Origin: the human T2T-CHM13v2.0 reference genome, Homo sapiens | DNA: 64,000 bases | Reading direction: 5' to 3' (one strand) | Assembly: GCF_009914755.1 (NCBI RefSeq) | Contig: NC_060932.1 | The notes under the pieces: generated by a model | The model's input: the letters and a program-made list of their open reading frames with translations, nothing else | What the model was told of the DNA's origin: nothing | Databases searched by the model: none | In this document: positions 1 to 17,484 of the stretch, one piece after another | How the letters are laid out: every line of letters starts with the position of its first letter | Numbering within the stretch: the stretch's first letter is position 1 | Program-made: the position numbers and the translations under genes

Positions 1-992
1 CAAATGACTATACCTAGTCCCAGGAATCTACCCAAGAGAAATAAAAACATCCACACAAAGACATGTCTACAAATGTTCATGGTAGCATTATTCATAACAG
101 CTAAAAACTGGAATCAACCCAAACCACCAAATGCAGATGAATAAACTGCAGCACAGGTTGAGTATCCCTTATCCAAAATGCTTGGGACGACAAGTGTTTT
201 AGAGTTTGGAATAGTTGCATTTTCAACCCTATCTTTACGCCACAGAGCAGAGAATAAGCCAAAACACCACCACCACCACCACATAATGAGTAATGCAAAT
301 AGGTCGTCTTGGCCCCATGTGGATCATCGTGGGGAATCTGCTGTTGATGTATCAAGCCCCCACTTTATTACGCTCTGCAGGTATGCTTGCAGGAGGCGAT
401 TTGGGCATGCAGAAAAAAAAAAAAAACGTAACACAGCTAAAGGAGGCTGGGAGGGTCTTTTTTCCCTTGGAGACCCCGAATAAACTGTGTGGTGTGCAAC
501 TGTGTTTTGACAACAATCCATCACATGAAGTCAGGTGTGGAATTTTCCAATGTGGCATCATATCAGCGCTGAAAAAGCTTCACATTTTGGAACTTTTCAA
601 ATTCTGGATTTTGCAATTAGGGATGTTCAACCTGTATATCTATTCTATGGAATTATACTCAACAATAAAAAGGTAAAATACCAATAGACAAAACAAGGAG
701 AAATCTCAAAAACATGCAAAGTGAAAGAAGTTAAACAAAATGTTATGTATGACACATATGATTTCATTTATATGAAATTCTAGAAAAGGCAAAACAATAG
801 TAACAGGAAGCTGATAGATAAGTGGTTGCCTAGGGCCAAGGTGAGAAGGCAAATACTGACTGCAGAAGGATACCAGGAAACTCTCCAAGTGGGGAAACTA
901 TTCTATTAATACATCTTGATTGTGGTAGCAGTTAAACAATTGTTTATAGTTACTAAAGTTCATCCAACTGTGCATTTAAAATGAGTGGAATT
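1..992 (+). mobile_element. Old L1 (L1M-type) 3' end fragment, interrupted by a Tigger and an Alu
   Basis: Typical L1 3' motifs: tacccaagagaaataaaaaca, aatgttcatggtagcattattcataa, catttatatgaaattctagaaaaggcaaaac. Confidence 0.75.
154..634. mobile_element. Tigger4/Zombi (MER46-type) DNA transposon derivative
   Basis: Terminal inverted repeats CAGGTTGAGTATCCCT ... AGGGATGTTCAACCTG, with TA on the right flank. Confidence 0.8.
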
Positions 993-1336
<344 letters not shown>

Positions 1337-1985
1337 TTAAAAGTCTGATGAAGAAACAATTCATACATGCGCTGACTCCCAATTTTACTCTCAATTTCAG
1401 AGTTCAAAGGTCCCCTGAGATGCTATAATACCCAAAGAGCTAAGAACCACAACTATAACCCTACCTATTATGTATAATATAAAATAAATATCTATTGACT
1501 CATGTTTTTAATAAACCTAGGTCACCAAAAATAAATTAAATTGTATTATTGTTGAAGACAAAGTATACTGCTTAGAATTCTGCTGTTTACAGTATTTTGG
1601 AATTTAATGAGATTATTTAGACAACAGATAATTTGTTCCTAGAAAAGCCTGTTTACGTAAAACAAATTCAAAGAAATTGGAAAATGTTAAAATATTTACC
1701 ATCTCCCTGCCCAAAAAGACATGATTTTTTTAAAAATTCACACTACCCAATATTCTATATCAAAAAGCATACTTCTCAAAGTGTGCAAGCCCTAAAAACA
1801 AACATTCAAACCTGAAGGACAGGTAGGCATTTGAAAAGATCTACGAACCTCTTAAAATCATCAGCAATATTTTCTATCTACGTACTTGAAGGCATTTCCC
1901 TGGGGAAGAAAAAAAAAAGACTTTGTCATTCTTCAAATTCCCAAAAAAGCCCATAACCCAAAAATAAAGTTTTAAAAATTAATAG

Positions 1986-2303
<318 letters not shown>

Positions 2304-2330
2304 TTAATAGTAATAAAAACTTATTACCTA

Positions 2331-2747
<417 letters not shown>

Positions 2748-3575
2748 TCAAAAAGCATCAAAAAAAACTAAGGAAAAAGATTTTTAAAATACAGCAGTAA
2801 CTGATTTGCTATGTGGAGTTTCACAAAATAGAACAAACTAACGTTTCATTTTTTCTGACAGTACTACTGAGTTGACAATGATGGACACATAATATATCTT
2901 GATTTTAGCAGGTTCCTTTACATTTGTAAAATATGGGCTGAATGAAGCAGTTAAGACTTGAAAGGATGAGAAAAAGAAGCCCACACACTACAAGCCAAAG
3001 CATCTGCTGATTTTAAATTCTCATCTCTTGTTAACCTGACTCCTCTTCAACTCTGTGAATATCACTGCACACATATATACAAATTGCCAGAAAATATGCA
3101 CATATACACACACCATCAACATAAAGAGGTAACTAACGTCTGGCCTGGTTTTCAACAAGCAGAAAGGCCTGTTTAAGAGAAGCCTAACTTATGCTTCAAC
3201 AATTGAACAATTTGTTCAAACTTACTACAATAAACCTTCACCAGGAAAAGCAGGTTTCCCATCATCTTTGTAACAGACACAATAAGGATCTGCTGAAAAG
3301 CCCTGCTAAAATAATTAGGGACGGAAGTAATTTTAAACTGTTAGAACCATACCACCTATCATTTTTAAGCCTGCTTTATAAAGCTGAGCTACGGAATGCC
3401 GAGGTTACAACCTGTTCATCTTTTTAAACATTTCACAGTATTAAAAAACACTGAATTATTAAAATGTTTTACCACTAAAACTAACTTAAAAGTTAAGTAA
3501 ATCTAATGTAATGGTATTTAGTGATCACAATACTATTTTAAATACAGTTCAATTAAATTATTAAATTATTACTCT

Positions 3576-4507
<932 letters not shown>

Positions 4508-7500
4508 TTATCAGTGGTAAAGAACCCATTTTCCCCCAATCTATCACAGACCAACACTTTAGTAAAATACAATAAAAATTACTCACTAGAAAGATGAAAA
4601 TAAAACACACACACACACAAAGCCCAGGGATATCACTTGGATATCACAGCAGTGTCAAACTACTATAATAAAAGTTTCTAAACACTCTATCTTAACCCTG
4701 TGTTTATACTGTGCAGACCAGTGTTCCCAAACCATACCTCATACTTTGAATAGCACTGGTTTACAGAATCAGTAACATTAAGCACGTAAACAGTTATTTC
4801 CCAACTCCCAAAACTGAGCATTTAGACTACAGAAGCAAACACTTCTTAATTTATGTCACGAAGTCTCTCAAAATACGTGACCACAATAGACATGAGCTCC
4901 AAACTGTGTAGCTACCAAGCACTTATGTAACTGTAAGCCCAGTGGCATAAGACTGTGGCAGTAGTTGAGAAGAGCAAGAAATGAATAGTTTTCTCTGCCA
5001 CTCCTTGCTGCTTCTACAGGAGATGACAGGCATACTCCTCCACTGAGGTCAGATCACGACTCCCTTAGCTCTAATTCTATTCTGAACATCGTATTTTTAA
5101 GAATGGTAAAAACAAACTTTTTTCAGCAGCAGGGCCCACTTTGAATCACAACTTCTGTAAGACAGTGATTTATTTATTCAGTGAGTAAGCCCAGATGAAA
5201 CCCCAACATTCAAACCTCTCACTGCTGACTTCTACTTGTTGTCTAGTACACAGTTATTCTAGAAATCTTTATTTCTTTGCAAAAATGTAATGTTTGAGTA
5301 AAAGAAAAAAATTTTAGTAAAAGCTTAAACATGAATTCTTATGAATGTACACACCAATGTGACTAACTCGCCAACCCTGTAGTCTACACAAACAGAAAAA
5401 TCCTACAGCAGAGTGGTTGAGGGGCTGGGAACCAGAATCCAAAACAAAGTTTGAGTGCCAGCCCTGCGGCCTTAGGCAGGTTACCTTATCTACCCTACCC
5501 ATACCTTCCTCCTATAAAGACAGTACCAATCTCAAGCACTGTTGCAAAGATTAAAAAATAATCCCCCTCAAACTACCTAGCACACAATTACTAGTAAGTC
5601 CTCAGTAAATGTTAGCTACTATTATAACAACTATCACAACAAACATTTCACCTCTTCTCTTTTTTCCTTTTTATGTTTTAGAATCATCAAGTCTGATTTC
5701 TTTTTTAATTTTTTCTATCTTTTTTTTAGAATTGTCATATTTCACCTATTCTCATTCATTCATCTATCCATCTGTCCATCCAAGGAATATTTAGTGACTA
5801 AAATATGCCTAGTTACCCTTATGGCACAGACACTTGTCTCCCCAGAATGTTTTCAGTTCATTCCTCAGAGATTTTTTTTTCAGCCTAATAAGAGGTGAAT
5901 TATAACTTATTAACCCAACTGATGCCAAACTTCCATTTTCTTTAAGACGCATCAATCAGCTGGACATACTATCTCTCATAACAACCAATACCACAAAGTT
6001 TTACAACACGATGTTTTGAATCTGCATTAAAAAGAGTTCAATTAAATTTACTCAAAATATTCTGTATACATATGTGTGTTTATGTGTAATTTTCCCTTAA
6101 AACATCATTAAAGACAAAGTACAGTCCACAAGTTTCTTAAAAGTCTGAAATAAAAAAGACAAAGCTCAAACTATACCAGTCACTGCCTAGTTGAAGAAGA
6201 GGTCAGGCAGGATGCACAATTCCTACTCGGCTTTATTACAGTTTTGTAGCTTCTGGGAGGTAAGGCCCACAGCCTGAATTTCTCACATCAATCACCGTCA
6301 AAGAACAGCTATTACTGTAGAAGATTTTTATTCTCAAAGAAACTGTAATGCTGTAAGATCTCCCTTTAGCATATTCTGCAAAGTCAGTATCTAGACTTTC
6401 ATTTAATTCTGTAGACTTTCATTTAATTCTGGCTTCTTTCACTGACTGGTCTGTGAACTTGGCAGTTTTCTTATTTGGTTAAGCCTAGATAATTTTTTCT
6501 AACACTGAACAAAGATGGTAGTTATTGCCAAAATGTAAATTCAAAAAGCAGAAAGCTGCATTAGTCTTAAATTTAACACATTTTATGGCTCAAGTGGGAT
6601 AGGGTTCCATTTCATAACTGGCTGAGTCAAATAATAAACGGGATTTAAATCACTGCTGTTAAGTTTGATGTGAAAGAAATTTAAGTAACTTCAATAGGAA
6701 AAAAAAAAAAAAGATTTTCTGCTCCTGACACACATGGGATTAGTTACAATGCTCCAATACACTTAATCAATATCAACCTCTATAATATTTCAGTTTGAAA
6801 GGGCATATTTCATTGCTATTCTCTTGGATCTAATGCTCACTGATGGTCCACATTTTTAAAGTTAAATCAACTAATAATTGTTGGGAAAAAGAGAAGATAG
6901 AGGATTTAGCCTCAAGAAATTCAAAAGAATGGTACTAATCTTATAAAAATTAGTCACATGTAAGTATAATGATGCAATCAAATGTACAAATATATAATCA
7001 TAATTAAGAATTAACTGATAAGATGTTTAATTTATAAGTTTCTGCTTTACCAATTCAATATATATAACCAACCTGCAAATTTTCCCACATGTACCTGGTT
7101 GGTAATTTTTCTAAAATAATATGAGTGATTAAAAAGCTTAGCTGGAACAAAATTCATTTCCTTTCTCATAAAACAAAAAACTTTTCAGAATTGTTAAGAT
7201 CTACCTTCTAACACATTCTAAGTTTATTACATTCAAGTTTATTAGATTCAGGAGCACTGGCCACTGCTTAAATAGAAGGCAGGACTTTAGGTGATTTGGG
7301 GGCACTCTCATTATAATTTGTTTCTGCCTCCTTGCTAAGGTAAGTGCAGAAGGAAACATGTATAAAGCAACTATGATTGCCTCTGGGAAGAGGGTGCTTG
7401 GAAGACAGGGATGACAGTGAGAGTTTCTCTTCACTATATACTTTCACTTTGTCTTTGATTTGTGTGCCATATGCATGTATTATCCAGTGTAATGGCTGTG

Positions 7501-7779
7501 TTTAAACAGGTTTAATAAATTAAAAGGGTTCCCATTTTCCTGTATAAAAAGCGCACCACAGTAAGTCCACAAGGTGGTTATTCATCATCTTTCTAGTCAA
7601 GAGGTCCTTTAGAATGAAACCGAAGCTGATGCATTTCTGTGTAAAATGTAAAATGGGAGTTTTCTTCTCTCCAAAAGGAAATACTTTTTATTTTGTTTTA
7701 AAGGCTACCAGTAAACCACACTTGAAAACACCATCTACAAGCCCTCGTTTGGAGGATGAAAACAAAAGCTGGCAGGCAA

Positions 7780-8525
<746 letters not shown>

Positions 8526-10264
8526 TTAGGACTACAGCTGTCCATTGAGAAGATAACTTAGTCAGCAGCACTGTCCAAGTACAAAATAAAGTCTGTAAGA
8601 CCAGTTATACAGGCTTTGGTGATAGTTGAGAAAGAGTGCAAGAACTGAACAGTATAGACAATGTAGTTATAAACTCAAAGAACTAAGTAAGTGATCTTAG
8701 GAAAAACCTCAAGAAATAGTCAAAGACGATACCAGAAGCCTTCATGACTTGGGTAGACAGTGGTTATCACTAATGGACAGGAAATAAAATCAGATGGCGA
8801 CAGGGAGAGGTGGAAACATAGAAAGTATTAAAAAAAAAAAAAAACAAACAGTAAGCCTCAAGATACAATAAACATCTGTGGCACTTAAGTACCAGTTTAG
8901 GTACTATTTTGGAGGCAAAGAAAATCTTAAAATTTTATGCCAAAATGCAGCTGATGTTTAAAGGGTCAAAGACTCAAAGGATTAAAAATATATATATTTT
9001 GACTAAGTTAATACTGAGTTATCACTGTTTTTCCTGAATCCAATTTTTCTCTTATATGCTTGAGCATGGTACCAACATTAACAAGAATATGGCATATTAC
9101 TCCAGCATATTTAAGCATCCACTTCAGCCCTTTCAGTTTTGATGAAACAAGTACAGTTTGTCATCAAACAGCTAAGTAAATTACACTACACTTTGCTATT
9201 AAACCTAATCTTTACTGCATATAGCCATTTTAAAGAATGATCTACCTACCAGTAGTAGTTTACAAAAAACGAAGCCATATTCTCTTTAAGATATTATCTA
9301 AAACCTTGCCAAATAAAATAACATCCAAGTACCATAAATTAAATATTTTACGAAAAACATTATAAACTAATTTTGAAAAGAAAGCAAATGCAACTAAGTT
9401 TTCTGTAAGTGCTAAAATTAGGAGCTTTTATCTAAGAAACGACCTATGGTAGACTTGATGAAGTAAAAGAAAATCTAAACACAAAAATAAGAACTTGCAA
9501 AGATTCTTTTCAAACTTCATGCTTTGTAGAGGCTTTTTTCTCCAAGGTATGGGCTAGGACTGAGCTGCAAGTCCAGAGCATTGCTGCCAAGACTTAAAAT
9601 ACCTGGAGTTGCTCAGCCAAACCAATGAAGTCCAAGATATTGAACAAAAGATCCAAATTTATCATATACAGAAACCAGTTGAAGCAAAAGGTGACAAGAA
9701 GGCAAAAGATAAAAAATGCTTATTGTACACCCACACCTTTTAATGTTAAATAGATATGTGAGGCATTAACCATATAAATCCAGGCCAGATTTGCTGTAAC
9801 AACTAAAGTTAAAATATTTTGATCATATTCCATTTACTTGGGAAACCATCCAGTTTGGAATCCAACAGTAACTATTACCAACTATTAAAATCAATATCTA
9901 CTACTAAAAATCATATCAACAATGTAAGAAATTACCCATTCAGGTTCTCTTTATTACAGTAGGAAGGCCATTCACTATCTTCATATCAAACTAAGGCCTA
10001 GAGATCATAACTGATTTATTAAGTCATCTCCTCCATGAGAAGTACTGCATATGCTGCCTTAAATAATACCCAAGAAGACAGCTACAAGAAACAAATGATA
10101 GATTGTCATCACTAGCATATATGTCACGAACACAGTAAGCACTGTCAAAAAGCAAATGGCAATGAATTTCAATAAGGTGTCTGACCTTAACAGAAAGGAC
10201 CAATGGCCCAGGATGTTTGCAGGTTTATCCAAATCTTGGGAGGAACATAAAAACGGAAAAGTCT

Positions 10265-10553
10265 GGCCCAGTGTGGTGTCTCATCCCTATAATCTCAGCA
10301 CTTTGGGAGGCTGGGGCGGGTGGATTGCTTGAGGCCGGGAGTTCAAGACCAGTCTGGCCAACATGGCAACACCCCGTCTCTACTAAAAATACAAAAATTA
10401 GCAGGGCATGGTGGCACACAACTACTCGGGAGGCTGAGGGGCACGAGAATCGCTTGAACCTAGGAGGTGGAGATCACAGTGAGCCAAGATCGGGCCACTG
10501 CACCCCAGCCCGGTCGACAGAGCAAGACTCTGTCTCAAAGGAAAAAAAAAAAA
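10265..10553 (+). mobile_element. AluS-like
   Basis: Alu dimer with a small internal deletion. Confidence 0.88.
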
Positions 10554-11553
10554 GGAAAAGTCAGATGGACTTAGAATTACCACCCAATGCAGGTAAACTA
10601 ACTTACTTAGGGACACGTACCAGTACTCTTCCCAATGCTCCTTAATATGCTGATTTTCTTTACTATTGATCCCCAGTATCTTAATATGTGAACTCAGCAG
10701 TTTAAGGTTGCATTTTTCCAAACTTCAGAATATTTACTAAATTGACTTCTTATAGCTACAAATCTTCTACAATATGACTGATTATCAAACGTAAAGATTC
10801 TAATGTATGTTTTCTCATACATTTTAAAGTTAGAAGTCTGTAAGACACCTGAGTTCTGAAAAACATATTTCCCAATGCTCAAACAAGAAGCACTAGATTA
10901 ACTATTCTGTACACACCTTAACTTCTATTTCCTCCATCTGTACATTAATCAAATCACATAAACTATTTGTACCCACGTCTCCCCATTGATAAAATAGGGA
11001 TAATGATGGTTCCTATATCAAAGAGTTGTTGTATTGCTTCAATGCCATAATAAATACACAATACTTAAAACAGTACCTGTCACATAACACAGAATAACTA
11101 CTGGGGTCTTCAAGTATATGAAGCTGCTATAAAATGTAAAAGAAAATGAGTCAAGGATGGCTAGATGTGATCTGAATTCAAGCTCCAGGATATATTCACT
11201 TTATGTCTTTGAAAAGCCACTCAGCTTCTTGGAGTGGGAGAATCACATGTATAATCCAGATAATACTAGTCCGCCCAGTTCCTGGAGCTACCAAGATATA
11301 ATAATGTACGCTAAATGATTTTTCTATTATAAAAAGTTACTATTTGTAAGCAATAACATCTTACTTGCCTAAGCAAAAAATATAACTAAGCAATCAAAAT
11401 GTCAGACTGCATAACGAATTTAATCCTCACTCACAAATACTCAGGTTAGAGATAATCCTGCATAACTGGTTTTTCACTCACAGCAAAAAAAAACCTGAAA
11501 AGCAAGGGGATAAGAAACAGATAAATTTAACAACCAAAAAAGGCACCAACTAG

Positions 11554-11973
<420 letters not shown>

Positions 11974-12373
11974 CAATAACATGTTCTTAATGATAATACT
12001 ATGCCATCAAAACATGGTTAGATTGTGTTCCATGTTCTCTGACTAAAGCAGCAGAAAATTATGTATTACACTTCAGAAACACATATAATTAAAATAGCTA
12101 AAATGTGCAAGTTTTGGTGCTTGAAAGGATTTCAAATTATCTGACTGAAAAAATTATCTCACATGTCAAACAACTTACGTATGCACCACTCAAGTCAGAA
12201 AACTGGAAGAAGAGGCCAAGGGTCATATAATTTTTTTTGTTGTTAAAACATTAAAAGGCCAAACTGTATTATACTTCAGACCAGGATCTCAGAGAAGAGC
12301 TTCCATTTCAATGGAATTTAAACAAGCTGTTGTCCAGTCTCTTTAAATTCATAAGAGTATCACAAAAAATCTA

Positions 12374-12817
<444 letters not shown>

Positions 12818-13359
12818 GTACTTCCACCAAAATTTTTCCATTAGATTTGAATAACCATCAGGTAGGTAAGGTAGTGATAACATTTATCCCCAAAGCTGTT
12901 GTGAGGATCACAACATCTAAAATTTAACAAAAAATTTAACCAAACAACACAAAATTTAACCAAACATCCCTGTACAGGGTCTTATAATAGGTGTCCAATT
13001 AATATTAGTGATTTTTCAAACAGATAAGAAATCAACAAATAAAAAGATGGAGAAATATGAACAAGCCCAGAAAGCTAACTAGCTTATCCTCAACTGTGTG
13101 CTCTTTTCTCACCAACACTCAAGCATTTACTAACCCAGTTTCTTCATGATTGATTTTCAAGAAAATTTCCACACAACAGGAGTATATTCATTCATTCACA
13201 ACATCTGAGTGCCTTCTATACACGAGGTACTGTTCTAGACCCTTAGAAATACTGTAGTGAACAAACCTGACATGGGTGCCACTTTCAGGAAGCTGATATT
13301 CTAGTGTGAAGAAATAAGCAACAAGTAAAAAGAGTTTCAGACAGAAACAAGGACCAAAC

Positions 13360-13633
13360 TGGATACCAAAATTCGCAGATGCTCAAGTCCTTTATATAAA
13401 ATGGTGTAGCATTAGTTATTGCATATAACCTAGGCACATCTTCCTATATATCATCCCTAGATTGCATATAACATTTAATACAATGTAAATGCTATGTAAA
13501 TAATTATTATACTGTATTGGTTTTTATTTGTATTTTTAGTTGTTTTTTTCCTAGTATTTTCGATCCATGGTTGGTTGAATCCATGGATGTGAGATTGCTG
13601 GATTCAGAATCCAAAGATATAGAGAGCTGACTG
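13360..13633 (+). mobile_element. MER2 (Tigger3-derived MITE)
   Basis: GGATACCAAAATTCGCAGATGCTCAAGTC... ending GAGAGCTGACTG-TA. Confidence 0.75.
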
Positions 13634-14238
13634 TATATGTAACTCATACTTTTCTATTTATTAATAACATACTCTACCTTACTTACAAAACCAGGGGAAT
13701 AAGGTATCTAATAAGATAACTTAAAGGGGAAAACAAAATTTAAAAGGTAAGAAATTTCAATAGCAATGGGTTTCAAGCACTGAATTATGGAGGAGACAAA
13801 TGTTTTATACTTCAGCCTTCAAAAGGGTTATCATCTCAATGAGAAGGGGAAAATATATTAACAGTAAATCACTAACAGTATGGATCACATACCAAGGTGA
13901 ATGATACAAGCTGTCATTAAAAAGCTCAGAGAAAGGAAGAGAGCAAGCTTCTTCTCAAACAGTAAAATGCTATAAATCACCTGATTGTGTAGGTCAGGAG
14001 AGGGGCCTGAGATTCTGTGATACGTATGTCTGCATTTCTAACAAACTCAAGTGTAGCCAACATTGCTCATCTTACTGGACATGGATCATACTTTGAATAG
14101 CAAGGTCTAATGAACATAAGAAAGGTAAAATTCAAATGTTCTAGGGAACAAAGTGGGTTCAACATGAAAAGTTTAACGGGAAGAATTAGCTTGATCTTGT
14201 CTAGGAACAATGAGACCACCTGACAGAATGAAGACCCA

Positions 14239-14932
14239 TTCTTTCTTTATTTTTGTTTTTTTTCTTTTAACTCATCTGTATTTGTTACAACTTTAAGCAG
14301 AATGTGACTCAGGCACTACATTTCCATCCACAAGACTAGCTCTGAGTTATTTTTGAACAGCTTTACGACATGCTTAGGTAGGCTTATAACTTTGCTCCTC
14401 CAAATGATACTTTTCTTTGGAAAACAAGCCCTGTGGAGGGCTTACTTTTCTTTGGAAAACAAGCCCTGTGGAGGGACTGCTACATTACAGATACAGAGGA
14501 AGTGATGAAACAGGTCTAAAGGTAGGAAAGGAAGGGTTCAAAAATACAAGAAAAATTGGTCTTGGCCACTATCAATGTGCCAGGAAGGAACAAATGTGTT
14601 AAAACATCAGGCTAAACATAGGATGAGATTAATCTCTGGGTTCATCTACATCTATATATGACTGAGAATGGTCATGAGAGTCGGGACTGGGTTCTACCTT
14701 GCTCACCTATATAATATCTTATATAGGTTACTGCAATATACCCCAGCATGTAGCAGGGCTAGACCTGGCATGTGGTCGGCAATCAATAAATATTTGTTAA
14801 ATGAATGAAGAACAGAATACATCTGGAGTATACAGATTCAAGTTAAACTATATGGAGAATTTTTAAAAAAACAGAGTAAGTCGATTAAGTCACATTTTTT
14901 ATTCCTTCTATCAAGTTCTTTCAGTGTTAACC
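14239..14932 (-). pseudogene. 5'-truncated processed retrocopy of the HSP90AA1 mRNA 3' end, interrupted at ~14439-14904
   Basis: The - strand reads CTCCACAGGGCTTGTTTTCCAAAGAAAAGTA...GTCACATTCTGCTTAAAGTTGTAACAAATACAGATGAGTTAAAAG then an A-rich tail, matching my recall of the HSP90AA1 3'UTR terminus. Homology resumes at ~14901-14932. Possible TSD CCATTCT at 14236 and 14931. Confidence 0.8.
14471..14904 (+). repeat. 434-bp direct duplication, copy 1 (derived)
   Basis: Identical by eye to 15976-16409 (offset 1505). Confidence 0.95.
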
Positions 14933-15796
14933 ATTCTCCCATTTCACAAGGAAGTACCAAGCACTGACTCTTGCAAGGTACACAATAAGAGACACATTGA
15001 CAAGTCTACTGGAATGGACAATTAAAAGATTATTGAGAGAGAGTGTTTCAACTTAGTGGACCGACAAAAATGGGTATCCAGCCATAATAAATGTAAGAGA
15101 GATGTGAAGCAATGAGACTCCTCATAAATCGCTAGGACAAATGTGAAATGGTACAAATACTTAGGAAAATAATTTTACATTATGGTACTTAGTATAACTG
15201 TCCAGGAGCATCCCTAAGTCCTACCAATCATGGTATGAGACAGACATATCAAGACTCAAAACATAGGAGAATATAAACTATGATTTAATTCATATTTGTT
15301 CACACAGACAGGTGAAAATAATCAAATTGTTTAATACTCCATGTGGTAAAGCTACAAAAGAATCATTAAAACAAAGCTCACCAATAGTGATTCACACAGG
15401 GAGAGAAGGGATTGGAGGAAGGCATGAAAAAGGGGAAGGGGCTTCAAAGATACTTGTAATGTTCTGTTTCTCAGGTTGAATAGTGGGTAACTGGATGTTT
15501 AAACACTATCTTCCATGTATGACATTTTGATATGCCTTACAGTTCTTTGCTGATGTTATCAATAATCTTTAAAAAGTAATAATAATAATTCAGGGAGTTT
15601 GTGGTGGCAGATTCTAACAGCAACAGAGTTTTAGAAAGTATAGAAGACTACAAATATAAAATAGTTCTTTAACCATTAACTTAAAGAGGAAAAAAAAGCC
15701 AGGGCAAAAAAATGGAACACAGGGAGCTAAAAGAGACAATGCTGAAAATTTTAATATGGGAAAGTCCTGATGATGTTTACGTGCTAAGGGAACATA

Positions 15797-15986
15797 CAGT
15801 TGACCCTTAAACAATATGGGCTTGAACTGCACAGGTTCAGGGATGTGAACCTTGCATACAGGAAAGGCCAACTTTTCCTATACGTGAGTTCCACAAGGAT
15901 CCATAGGGCCAACTGTAGGACTTCAGTATGCCTGGATTTTGAATACATAGGGGTCCTGGTTTCCCTGTGGATATTGAGGGACTGCT
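15797..15986. mobile_element. Tigger-family MITE (MER2-related)
   Basis: TA-CAGTTGACCCTT ... GAGGGACTG terminal inverted repeats. Confidence 0.65.
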
Positions 15987-16409
15987 ACATTACAGATACA
16001 GAGGAAGTGATGAAACAGGTCTAAAGGTAGGAAAGGAAGGGTTCAAAAATACAAGAAAAATTGGTCTTGGCCACTATCAATGTGCCAGGAAGGAACAAAT
16101 GTGTTAAAACATCAGGCTAAACATAGGATGAGATTAATCTCTGGGTTCATCTACATCTATATATGACTGAGAATGGTCATGAGAGTCGGGACTGGGTTCT
16201 ACCTTGCTCACCTATATAATATCTTATATAGGTTACTGCAATATACCCCAGCATGTAGCAGGGCTAGACCTGGCATGTGGTCGGCAATCAATAAATATTT
16301 GTTAAATGAATGAAGAACAGAATACATCTGGAGTATACAGATTCAAGTTAAACTATATGGAGAATTTTTAAAAAAACAGAGTAAGTCGATTAAGTCACAT
16401 TTTTTATTC
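15976..16409 (+). repeat. 434-bp direct duplication, copy 2 (likely the donor)
   Basis: Continuous with the terminal repeat of the Tigger MITE to its left. Confidence 0.95.
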
Positions 16410-16524
16410 AATATGTGATGATGAAAGAGAACAATTTCAAAGAGAAAGAACTTCATGAACAAAAGCAAGGTCATGCTTACTGCTTTGAATAAGGATGTGA
16501 CTCTAGGTCTGTCTTTAGCATGAC

Positions 16525-16831
16525 TTTTTTTTTTTTTTTTTTTTTTCTGAGACGGAGTCTCGCTCTGTCGCCCAATCTGGAGTGCAGTGGTGCAATCTCG
16601 GCTCACTGCAAGCTCCGCCTCCCCGGTTCATGCCATTCCCCTGCCTCAGCCTCCTGAGTAGCTGGGACTACAGGCACCCGCCACCACGCCCGACTAATTT
16701 TTTGTATTTTTAGTAGAGACAGGGTTTCACCATGTTAGCCAGGACGGTCTTGATCTCCTGACCTCGTGTGATCTGCCTGCCTTGGCCTCCCAAAGTGCTG
16801 GGATTACAGGCGTGAGCCACCACACCTGGCC
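16525..16831 (-). mobile_element. AluY
   Basis: Reverse Alu; TSD TTTAGCATGACTT. Confidence 0.92.
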
Positions 16832-17051
16832 TTTAGCATGACTTATTAAAGAAAAAACTAAGTAGTCTGAGTGGCTGGAATGTACAGTTCCTACAAAGCT
16901 TGGAAAGAAAGGAAATAAACCTGAACATAAATGCAAGAAACAAGGACAACATTTTGGTCCTTCAATTCAATGGAAAGTCACTGAAAACATCTAAGGAAAG
17001 AAGTTAAAATCTGAATGTTCACGTTAAATAAACGTTTTAATAAAAGTATGA

Positions 17052-17484
<433 letters not shown>

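Noticed and set aside
101-676. Overlapping ORFs including a His6-like run
   Set aside because: They lie inside a Tigger4 element; the His run is a (CCA)n microsatellite.
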